64,000 nucleotides of DNA from Candidatus Aenigmatarchaeota archaeon. Lineage in GTDB: Archaea; Aenigmatarchaeota; Aenigmatarchaeia; CG10238-14; SCSR01. Location: the NCBI GenBank assembly GCA_038998335.1, contig JAVZHQ010000001.1, positions 594,165-658,164 on the forward strand, given 5' to 3'. The notes under the pieces are model-generated. The model was not told the origin of the DNA, did no database searches, and worked only from the letters and a program-made list of their open reading frames with translations. Shown in pieces: positions 1 to 12,100 of the stretch. Every line of letters starts with the position of its first letter. Positions within the stretch are counted from its first letter, which is position 1. Made by a program: the position numbers and the translations under genes.

Positions 1-1
1 C

Positions 2-3000
2 ATTTATAGTGTTGCTGAAAACGCAAGCGTTTCACCAAGCGAAGCAGGTTGGTCAAGAGTTTTTAATTATTCGATTGAAGTTTATGATCAAGAAGGGGAT
101 ACAATAAACTGCTCTTTATTCGTTAGTAAAGATAACAAGCAAACCTGGGAGTATAAAGGAAGTTATATAATTCAAGGAACTCCTGGAATTCCTACACAAG
201 GAACTTGTTGGGTTGCTTTGCATGATTTTTCATGCGAAGATATAGATAAACCAGAAGGTCAAGAGTGGATTGTAAGTAAGGCAAAATGGTTTAAGTGGAA
301 GATTGAAAATGGAGAACCTAGCAATACTTATAATACTTCAGAGTTTCAAGGGCCAAACATAACTGAATCTCAAGTTTTAATTAGTTATATAGTTGGTGAT
401 AATAGCTATGTTAATAGAAGTTCTGGAATAAATCAAGTTGTAAGATTAGCTGTAAACGTTTTTGATTTGGAAAACTTAAGCTGTGCTTCTAACGTAAACG
501 TAAGCTTCTGGGTTACTCATGACAATTCTAATTATCAGCTCGATATAGTAAACCAAACTGATAGTTACGGAAATGCAAGCTATTACTTTAACCCAGATTG
601 TTCTTACTCAACAGGAAAACAATACTGGATAGCTGGAGTAACTGATTCTTGCTATATGAATACAAATGCTTCAAGCAATTTCACGGTTTATGTTATAGGA
701 GATTTGATTCCAATTATACTTTCACCGAAAGGAGAGAAGTACTTAAGAAGTAATTATGAAGACGGTCAGCTTGTTCCTTTCAAAACTTTTGTAAAAGATG
801 AGTGCGGCTTAGCTATAGTTAATGCTCAAGTTAATTTCAGTGGAATAAAAGATTCAGAAGTTAAGTGGTGTTCTCAAGTTACAAACCTTGGTGATGGCAA
901 TTATACTTGCGAACTTAACACGAGCAACTTTAAAGCACAAGGTTGGAATTCTAGTGTAAACGTTTCTGCAAACTTTTACAATTCAAACTCTTCTTTAGAA
1001 ATTTTTGTTATCTGGCAGAAAGGATTCTGGGTTGAAACTAAACCAATACTAACAACAGATTGGTGGTATGAAAGCAGAGATTATCTTGGGAATTTGGGAG
1101 ACGGAAGCTGGGGAGAAACCTGGTACTTTAGAGTTAATGCTAGCGATGAAGATTATGACATTTTGGAAGTTAAACTTTGGGTAAACTCAAGTCAAGTTGG
1201 AGGTGACTGGGCCCAACCATTACCAGTATACATGACAAACTCAAGCGTTCAAGGGAAAAATGTAACAGTTATTTTTATCATACCAGGATGGCCAAGCCAT
1301 TCAAACCCAGGTCTAGGCTTTCATGTATTCAAGTTTAACGTTAGCGAAGTAAAAGATATCTATAACAATGCAACAAAAGATTTTGTTAATAACACTTATG
1401 AAATAGGAAATGGAAACTTTACAATAACAAAAGATGATTTGCTTCTAATACATGTTGAAGGAAATAACACTTCTGTTCATAGACCAGGAAACAATTACCA
1501 AACTTTAAGTGTAAAAGTTTTCGATAGAGATAAAGGAAGTGATGTAACAAGTGGAATTTTAAGCACAAACGTAAGAATATGGGTAACTAACGATCTAGCT
1601 TCCAACTTTACTTCAATTCCTTCAACCTTCTCTTCAGGTTATATAAACACTTCTGCCTTACAATTCGATCCTGATTGCAGCTTTAGAGTTGGACCACAAA
1701 AGTGGAAGGCTGGTGTGCTTTATACAGATGCTTACAAGGCAACAAACTCTTCTGACTTCTTTATAAACATAACAACAGATCCTTTGAAGGTTGAACTTTT
1801 ACAACCGTTAGATGCAAAACTTTACTTGAAAGGAATAGAAGATGTTCCTGTTAAAGTTAAAGTTACAGATGAATGTGGAGGAGTAAGCGAAGCAAACGTT
1901 ACAATAATTTCTCAGCAGCTAGGAGCCTATCCTCCAAACAAGGATTGTGTTGAAGATCAAAGTCCAAAAGGTCAAATATTTTACGAAGGAAGTGGAATTT
2001 ATAACTGCACCTTCAGAGCAGACACAACTGCACAAGAAGAACCGGCATGGCTTTATGGTTATACTAATGTTTCAGTCCAAGCTTTCAAAGCTTACTATAA
2101 CTCTAGTGAAGTAAATTTCACGATAAACTCTTACTATTTAGCATCCAAACCAGAAATTACTCTGAAATCCCTCTACACAGATTATGGAACAAGTGGGTGG
2201 GGAGAAAACTGGCATTTCCCAGTTGACATAGAAGATAAAGATTATAATGCTCAGCTTGGGTCAACTATAAACGTATACTTCTGGCTAAACTTGACAGGAA
2301 GCTGGCAGCTTTTTGCAAGCAAAACTTGTGTTCCTGCAACCGGAAACTGCACAAACTTAGAGTTCTATCCTGTTAACTTTACTTGCAACAGAACTTATAG
2401 CGATATAGGAGTGAAAGGTTACAAGGTAAATGCAAGCGATAATTTTGGTTATAAAGATGAGAAAGAAGCAACCTTTACCATAACTCAAGATCAGGCTGAC
2501 ATAGCTGACGTTAAATACTCAAAATCAATTATCGCAAGAGAGTTTAGCGACTCTGCATGGTTTGCTGCCTTGTTTGTTGACACGATAAGAGGGTTAGAAA
2601 TAACTTATGAAAATGTTAGTGGAAGAATTTACATAACAACCGACAACTCAAACTATTTGTTCAATTCAAGCTTATTATCTCAACCAAACGGTTACTTGAA
2701 CTATACTTTTGATCCTAATTGTAGCTTTTCAGTTGGAATACAAAAATGGAAGATTAACTTAGAAGATTCTTGCTATTATACTGCAACTTCAGGAGATCAA
2801 GAGTTTACTGTAGTTGGACAACTAAAGAATTTCTTGGTAGAGCCTTCTTATGGCTCAATAATAGAAATAGAAGTAGGAAAAACTGCTAACATAACTTCAA
2901 GTATAAAGGGAGAATGCGGAGAAAATGTTGAAGGGGCAAGCGTAACTCACGAAGCAAGATGGCCAGACTCAACTTTTGAAAATATTGTTCCAGTGGAAGA

Positions 3001-6000
3001 ATTGGGCTCAGGCTTGTACAATTCAACATGGAACTTAACTTTCAAGAAAGGAGGTTATTATGGCTTTAGAATTAACTCAAGTAAAGAATATTACTATCCA
3101 AACTCGAGCTTGTTTGCTGATTGGGTTTACTTGAACAACACTCCACCTCTCTATTCAAACCCAAGAGTTTCTCCTGGAACAGAAGGTTGGGGTTCCTACT
3201 TTAACTTTAGTATAGAAATTAACGATGCTCAGCAAGATAATGTTACTTGTACTCTATTTACTTCAACAGATAATCAGCAAACTTGGGTTGAAAGAGGAAG
3301 TACAATAGTTTATGGTGGTATAGGCTTATGTAGCATAAACGTTACTTTTGAGTGTAGCGATATAGGAGAAGATAATTGGTTTAAGTGGCAGTTAGATGAT
3401 GGGACAAACGTTTTTAACATTTCAGCTGTTCAAGGACCAAACATCACAGCAGATGATGTAATAATCTATTATATTTATGGAAATGAAACAAAAGTAAATA
3501 GAAGCGATAGTTCTATTGGTAATATTCAACTTTTAGTAGTTGGAGTTAACGATACTGACAGAAAAGTTCCAGCTAATGCTACAGTAACATTTTACGTAAC
3601 AAAGGACGGTAACACTTTCTTGTACGAAAGTAATATAACAAATTCAAGTGGAATAGCAACTTACTACTTTAACCCAGATTGTAACTATAACCCTGGCTTA
3701 CAAAAATGGTATGCAGCAGTAACAGATTACTGCTATTCTTACCAAAGAACTCAAAACTACAGTATAGAAATTTATGCAGATTTTGTTTATTCCCCATCAG
3801 CTTACAGACAAGGCTTTACTACTGATAAAACAATTTTACGCTCAGAGCAAAACGTTACTCTTGATGCAGGAAACCCAAACATTGCTGAAGAAATGACAAT
3901 AAGAGATGATTGTGGAGGAGAAATTGATGTTGATTGGATAAGCATGCAAGCAATTCATAACTTAACCGGAGAAACTTATAGCTGCACTGAAATAATTAAT
4001 CCTGCAGTAGGAATTTACAGATGCGCAAGAAATACAAGCGATATGAAAGCAAGGTGGTACGATGTTTTGGTTAGCGTTTCAAAAGAATATTTCAACAATA
4101 AATCAGTAAGAAAAACGCAAGAATTCTTCGTAGAAACTAAGCCTGAACTAAGGAATTTAACCGTAAAATCAACTCAAGGAGGAGAAACAGGAGGATGGGG
4201 CGAGAGATTCTACTTTAACGTTACTGTTACTGATGAAGATTATGATTTTGTTAATGTTACTCTTTATGTGAGAAGGGTTGGCTCAACTTACTGGATACTA
4301 GCAAACAAAACAGACTTGGATTCACCAGTAATAAACAGAACAATAACTTTAAGCTGGGTAAGAGAAACATGCGATGCAAGCCATTCAGACCCATATCCTC
4401 ATGCTTGGGAGTTTAAGTTTAACGCAAGCGACGATCCAAACTATCCATTGCCTTACGAGGATATGTATGAAAGTACAATAGAGCCAGCAAACTTCTACTT
4501 GGAAAAAGACGATGTAAGCTTGCAGCTAATGAGTGGAAATAACGTTGAAGTTTGGAGGAACGGAACTGATTCAAAATTGCTAAGCTTAAAAGTAATAGAT
4601 ACAGACTTAAACAATTTGCCAGTAGGTTCAGGAGTTAACGGAAGCTTCTGGGTAACAACTAATGGGTTAATTTTTGCAGGACAAAAGATTTCTGAAACTG
4701 ATGAATACGGAAACTTAACTTACAACTTCCCGCAAGACTTGCCTTCTGGCCAAAACAAGTGTGATTTCAAGACAGGAATACAAAAATGGTTTGCAGGCGT
4801 TTATAACGATGCTTGCTATAAGGATAAAAACAGCACAAACTATACTATAACAATAAAATCTTTGCTTTTGCCTTTAATTTACTATCCTTCAGGGCAAGGT
4901 TTCCTTAGAGGAGATAATGTTCCAGTTCAAGGTTTCTTAACAGATGAATGCAGCTATGTGGAAAATGCGACTGTAGTCTTTACCTTTATTCCTCAAGCTG
5001 GTTCGCCTTATCAGTGCACAATAACTGATAATAATGGTTGGATAGAAGGTGAAGGTTGGTATAATTGTACTAAGAATACTGCAGGAAAACCAAAAGGTTG
5101 GTACAACCTTAGCATGAGCACTAGTAAAACTTATTATGCAAGCAATTCAACCCTCAAACCTTTTGCCTTCTTCTTAGGAGATAAGCCAGTTTTGAGCAAC
5201 CCAAGGGTTGACCATTACACTGGAGGTTGGGGTGAGCAGTATACTTTTACTGTTACTTTCACTGATGCTGACTTGAACATAAACAACGTAAGCTTGTGGA
5301 AGAGTTATGATAATGTTACTTGGTACTTAGTTGAGATGAAGCAAGTCCAAGGAATAGGAATAGACGTAAGCTTTACTCACAGGTTTACTTGCGAAGATTA
5401 TGCAAAGCAAGCGCCTTACTTCTACTTCAAGTTTAACACTACTGATCCCTTTGGCTTTACAGACGAAACAGCTTCAAGAAACATGACCTTGGAAAGAGAT
5501 AACGTTACTTTAACCTTAAGCTTAGCAAGCAACTCAAGCGTGAGAAGAATAGGAGATAACTTTGCTTACTTAGAGTTTAGGATTTATGATACAGATTATC
5601 AAAACTATCCAAGCAATGCTAACGGAACTATTTGGGTGACAAAAGATGGCCTAAACTTTTCTGTTGCTTATGAGTGCACTTCCTCTCAAGGGTACTGCTC
5701 TGCTTTGCACAATCCAGATTGCGACTCTTCTGTTGGTTTACAATACTGGAAAGGAGGAATAGTAGAGAAAGATGGTTTTAGCTGCTACCAAGTTATCAAT
5801 TCTTCAGTTTTCAACTTTACTGTTTACGGTCAGCTTAATATTTCAATAATTTCACCTGAACAAGGAAAAATATTGAACAGAGGAAAAACTCACAGCTTTA
5901 ACGCAAGCGTTAAGAATGACTGTGGAGAAGAAGTAAACGATGCAAGTATTAACTGGTACAACTCTTCCTGGCACTCCTTAGCTTCTGGTTATAATACAAG

Positions 6001-6110
6001 CTGGCTTGTTCCTATAACATACAAGCTTGGGCCTGAAACTATTTATTCAAACGTTTCAAGGCAATACTACGACGGAAACTACAACTTCAGCTCAGTCTAC
6101 ATTTATGGTT
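2..6110 (+). repeat. Six in-frame tandem supermodules of ~1.0-1.09 kb (~330-360 aa each) within the giant ORF
   Basis: A recurrent G-W-G-E/S-x-(W/F/Y)-x-F motif followed by an acidic D-E-D-Y-D-like patch occurs near nt 47, 1108, 2195, 3186, 4194 and 5228. A recurrent F-N/D-P-D/N-C-x-(F/Y)-x-x-G-x-Q-K/Y-W-x-A/G-G-V..D-x-C-Y motif occurs once per unit. Copies are divergent at the DNA level. Confidence 0.8.
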
Positions 6111-9100
6111 GGAGCGAAATAGACTCAATTTCTCCTGCCAATTCTTCAAGCTATGCTGCTGGCACACCAATAACAATAACTTGTCATGTGAGAGATTCTA
6201 ATACTTCGCAACCAATACCAAACTATACTGTCAGCTTTTTGAAGAACGGAGAATCTTTGGAAAACGCAAGTACAGATTCACAAGGATATGCAAGCATAGT
6301 TTGGTACACTAACTTGGAAGGGGCAGGATGGTACAACTTAACTTGCTTTATTGAAAGCAACTCAACTTTATACTATAATGCTACTTTAGCACAAATGGAA
6401 ACTTGGATAAGGCTCAGCAGACCTTTACAAATTGATCAAATAATTCCTCAATATCCTTGGGTTTATAGAAACGATTCTTTCACTCCTTACCAAACAAACA
6501 TAAGCGTTCATGTTAGGGATGCTCAAATAGGGCATGCTAGCAACGCAAACATTAGCTTCTACAACTCAACTCATTTCTTATTCAGTTGCTTAACAAACTC
6601 AACAGGATGGTGCGAGCTAATTGACTTTAACCCACCAGACGATTACACTCCTTCACCTTATTGGATATACATAAACGCAACAAGGCCAGGAAATGAAGAT
6701 TCTCTCACTAATTCAACTTCAATAACAGTTAAAGGAATTTTATTTGTTAACATTACTTCACCACTAAACGAAAGTCTTCATCCAAAATCAGAAGCTATAG
6801 ATTTAAGCGCAACTGTAATAAGTGAAAATGGAGAAAACTCTTCTGTTCTTAACCCGACAGTTAAATGGTACAACGAAACTGCATTGCTTGCTGTAGGCTT
6901 AGAAGTAACTCTGCCTCAGCCAATAGTTGCTCAGCAAAGAACAGGACCTCATCAGCTTATGGCAATTGCAAGCAAAAGTTATTATGAAGATGGAAAATCA
7001 AACGTTAGTATAATAATAACTGGTTTAGCAGATGTTGTTTGGATTTCGCCAATAGGAATAACTCCCTATCCAGAAGAATTCTATCCAACTTGTTTGGTAA
7101 AAGATCATGAATCTGGAGCAGGAATTTCTGATTATGAGGTCAACTTTTCTTACAAGTGGGAACCTTCCTCTGAATTTATATTTAACGGAAGTTATACAAC
7201 TAATTCTTCTGGTTATGCAAGTTATGTTTTTATTCCAACACAAAAAGGAAACATTACTTTTAATTGTTCTATAGGACCAAACGCTACTCAGTACTATTCA
7301 CCAAACATAAAAGAAGCGATAGAAACGATTTGGGTAAAAGATATAAGCTTGCCAAAAATCTTTAACTTTTCTGTAATTCCAAACTCAAGCATAGAAGCAA
7401 ACCTTAATCTTACTTACATAAACGCAACAATAATTGACAATTATGCTGTAGAATCTGTCTGGGCAAACATTACTTTGCCGAATGGAAGCATAGTAATAGT
7501 TCCTATGAGCAATATAAGTGTGCCGGAAACAGGTTTTGGATTTTTCAGAGCAACTTATTCCGCAAGCTACCTTCCACCGATCGGAGGAGAGTATAACATA
7601 AGCGTTTATGCAAGAGATTATCCACCAGAATCTAACGTTAATAGTACTTTTGTTGGTAACATAAGCGTTTGGGGGAAGATTTCTGGCTTGGTTGAGCAAC
7701 TTCCTGCCAACATAGTAGCTTATAACATAACTCAAACTCAAGGCTTTACTTTTGAAGTTTCTGTTAACTTTACTAACTTAGGACCAGCAACCGCTTATTC
7801 TGTTAACTTGACTCATGCAGAAGATCCTTTAGGTTCGCTAACTTATAATGAAAGCAGAAAAGAGTGTGGAACAGTTTATGCAGGACAAACCTGCTCTTGG
7901 GTTTTCAAAATAACTGTACCAGAAAAAACTTCTCCGCAGCTAATAAGAGCTTATACTATAGCTACATGGCAAAACCCTGATAAAACTGTTGAGCAAAAAC
8001 TGAATGAAACATCAATAACAGTTTCTTCAAATCCTGTAATAGAGATTATTCCAAAGAGCATAAACAAAACAACTCCTCACGACTTGACAACTTATATTGG
8101 TAATATAACAACTTATGCCTCTGGAAATGATGAAGTAAGAGATGTTTCAATAAGCACAGTTGGAGGAAACCTTGCTTTTGATTGTCCACTTTGTGTTTTA
8201 TCTATAATTCCAAACTCTTATGGCTTGCTTCCAGCAGGCGAAAGTTTTGTCTCAGATATAACGATAACAGTACCTGCAGGTCAAGCACCAGGAATTTACT
8301 GGACAAAAGTAAGAGCAAGCTCTAGTAATGCAGGCTATGATGAAATGCTTCTCAACTTAACAATACCAATAAATACTTCTTGGATAAGAAGCCCAGAAAG
8401 CTTCGGTTATGTTTTACTTCCCTTAAACACAAGCGGAACCATAGGGAATATAACCGTAACAAACATAGGAAATGTAAAAATACCTTTCGAGATTCTTAAG
8501 TCTGGAAATGGAAGTATTTTTGTTACTGCTTATCCTTCAGGAGCAAAAGGAACAACTGCCTTTGACTTAGAAAAACAAGTTTCAAGAAACGTTAGTGTTG
8601 ACTATTCAGTTCCTTGGAATGCTTATCAAGCAATTTACACTGTAAACATAGTTATAAGAAACGTTACTTTTGCAAACCCACCTGAAAGAATAACAACAAT
8701 AATACTTAACGTTACTGATGTCCCACCAACAATAACTGACATAATAGTTGAGCCAAGAGTTTTTGAAATAGGTTTTGAAAACGTTACTATACAAGCAAAG
8801 ATTACTGATAATTTTGCAGTGGATAAAGCATGGGTTAACATTACTTTACCAAACGGCTCAAGCTTTGTTCAGTTTATGGATTCCTTTGCTGGTTCAATCT
8901 ACAACACAACTTATTCAAGCTTACAAGAAGGAATTCATTTAATTAGAATATGTGCAAACGACACTCGCTCTTTAGAAGGATGCACTTCGCCAATAGAAGT
9001 TGAGGGTTCGGCAACTACAAGACTAGAAATAATTCCAAACATTACTCACATTTTAGCAAACGATATAACAATAGAGTATGGACAAAGCTTTGCCGTTAAC

Positions 9101-12100
9101 ATAACTTTGAATAATACTGGCGGCTCAAGAGCTTTTGATTCTAATTTAACCATAGATTCTGGTTTTATTTCAAGCGAACCAAGCTTCTTTGATTTTGGAA
9201 CTATCTTGAAATGGAAATCAAAGTCAAACATAACTTTAATAAGCATACCGAACGGGACTGAAACAGGAATCTATTACATAAACTTGACAGCAAAATGGAA
9301 GAACTTGAACGAAACTTATAACTCAAGCTTTGCTCAAATTCTTGTAAACGTTACTCCAAACCCAAAGCTTAAAGTTATAGAAGAAAACATAACAAAAATA
9401 ATTCCTCCAGGAGCAAAGGATAGTGTAAACATTACTCTCAAATCAATAGGAAATAAAAACGTTACAAATGTTGAAATAAACTGCACAAGAGGAATAGTTT
9501 GTCAAGACTTTAACGTTTCCTTTGAACCCAAAAACTTCACTTCAATACCGATTGGTGAAACAAGGCAAGTTAATGTAAGCTTTGAAGTTCCTCCAAACTA
9601 CTTAGCAGGAACTCATAACGGAACAATAGAAATAAGATGGGATTCTGAGTTTTACTTAGAGCTTCCTGTTTTCATAACAGTTCCTGTAAACATAACTTGG
9701 GAGCATAACCCGAAAGTTTTAAGCTCTTATGTTTTGCAAGATGATAAAGGATACTTTGGAAGCATAGATATAATAAACACAGGAAACTCAGAAATAGAGC
9801 TTGAGCTTATAAAAACAGGTGAAATAGCTCCTTATCTTAACTTGAGTGAAACAAGAATAGTTTTGCCTTACAACGGAATAAAAACAATTCATATAACCTA
9901 TTCTTCACCTGACATTCAATTTGACAAAAACTACACAGGAAAGATAATAAGCAACATAACAGGAAGTTTGAGAGAAAACGCAACAGAAAAGACAAGAGAG
10001 ACTTTTGTAAGCATGTTTGTTTCTGTTTACAAGGTTAAGATAATAAGTCCAACAAGCTCTAATCCTATAATTGGAGTTGTTAATGGAAACGAAATTCTAG
10101 CAAAAGTTAACGTTACTGCAAACTCAAGCTTTGTTACTCAAAACGTAAGCTTTAACGTTTCTATCTTTGATTATGAAAGAAAGGCAGAAGCTTTTGTTAG
10201 CTCTGCTTATTACAACTCAACTGAAAAGCTATGGTTTGTTAGGTTTATAGCTCCTGATTTAGAGGAAGCAAGAGTTTATAACTTAAACATAACCGCAAGC
10301 TACAATGGAACAAGGTATTTAGTGAGAAGTGATGTAGAAAATGATTCAATAGTTTATCGCGACACTCAAGCTCCTTTAATAGAGCTAATTACTCCTGTAA
10401 GAATACCTGCAAACTCTACAGTTAGAGTTTTGGTTAACGTTACAGAAAGCGGAGGAATCAAGAATGTAAGCGGAGAAATAACTTATCCTGACAACACAAC
10501 CCAAAACATAAGCTTTACTTTAATCTCAAGAATCAAGGATAATTACTTGTTTGAGTATAACTTGACAAACACTTCAAGCCTAGGAAATTACACAATATCA
10601 GCTTTTGTTTGTGACTTAAGCGAAAATTGCAACTCTGCTTCAAAATCTTTTGAAATCTATCCTGTTGCTATATTTTCAGGCTATGCTAAGGACTTGGAAC
10701 AAATTTCTGAACCTGCCTTAAGAGTTAACTTCAAGTTTTACGATCAAGGAAGTGAAACAATAAGGTTTGACTTTAACTCAAACGCAACCGATGGCTATTA
10801 CAACGAAACTATAGATATGAAAACTTATGATTTGAAAATAAGCTTGCTTGAACCTACTTTTAGCCATCAAATTCTTTTGTACAACTTGACCATAGCTACA
10901 GATTATTTCAACCCAATAGTTTTTGGTAATGTTCCTAACGTGAGAACAACGAGCTCAGCAGTAAAAGGAGTTTATCTTAACACTGTCTTAAGACCAGCTT
11001 ACTTTATACTTAAAATCAACTTTTCTGATTGTGTTTTAGGTTTATGTAACGTTCCTATTCATGACCCAAACAAGCTTGGAATTTATAAGTATGGTGGAAA
11101 CTGGACACCAAAAGTTTCTACTGCCCAAAACACTAATTGGGTGAGAATTACTAACAGAGAAATGGACAACTCAGATAAGTCAGTAAACTTAACTGATTAC
11201 ACTGTTACAGTAAACTTAAGTGATATAAGAGGAGTTTATATTCTTGCAGAATTTATTTGTGGGAATGGAGAATGCGAATCTGAAGCAGGAGAAAGCACTA
11301 GTAATTGCCCAATAGATTGCCCAGCAATACCTCCTGCTCCTCAAGTTCCGATTTACATTCCACCTACAATTCCACCAATAGTAGGAGGACCTGGTGGACC
11401 AGGAGGACCTGGAGCAGGTCCTGCTGCTCCTCCTGTAGCCTTAGTTCCCTTGGAAGTAAAAACTACTTTGATAGAAACAACTCTTACTCCTGGTGAAGAA
11501 AAAGTATTTTCTATTGACGTGACTAACAACTTAGACACAGCTACAAACGTAAGAATTACTGTAGAAGGTCCTGTCTTTCAACTTTTAACAGTTCAGAAGC
11601 CTACGTTTACTGTCGCTCCTAAATCTACTGAAGTTACTGCTGTAAGAGCTTATGCTCCTCCAAGAATTGCACCAGGAATTTACACTGGCGATCTAGTGGT
11701 TACTGCAGGGAATATTGTTCATAGGACTCCTGTAACCATAGTTGTGCAACAAGTTCCTGAACCTTTGCTTGACGTGAGCGTAAAAATACTTTCAAAAGCA
11801 ATCAACCCAGGAACAAACCTTACTTTTGAGGTTAAGCTTATAAACATGGGCCCAACTGCTAAGGTTGAAGATATAACAGTAACTTACACTGTTAAGCCAC
11901 TAAACGAAGATAGAATAATAGCAACTTCAAAAGAAACTCTTGCAGTAGAGACAGAAAAAACTTATGTGAGAAGTTTGGAAATTCCTTCTGACACACCAGA
12001 AGGAAGGTATGTCTTAGAAGTTAACGCAAGCTATTGGTATGGTATAAAGTATGCTATTTCAACAGATAGCTTTGAAGTAACAGTTCTTCCTCTACCAATC

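Noticed and set aside
7025-9246. Six 62-118-aa minus-strand track ORFs inside the giant gene (7025-7243, 7385-7741, 8606-8794, 8635-8841, 9046-9246 and others)
   Set aside because: All are antisense to a continuous 13-kb reading frame. Their products are Cys/Ile/Tyr-rich junk without signal or motif content. Such frames are expected by chance in AT-rich DNA.
11305-11538. Track ORFs 11305-11496 (+) and 11353-11538 (-) over the Pro/Gly-rich linker
   Set aside because: These are alternative-frame and antisense readings of the CCN/GGN-rich linker of the giant ORF. Low-complexity sequence keeps several frames open.
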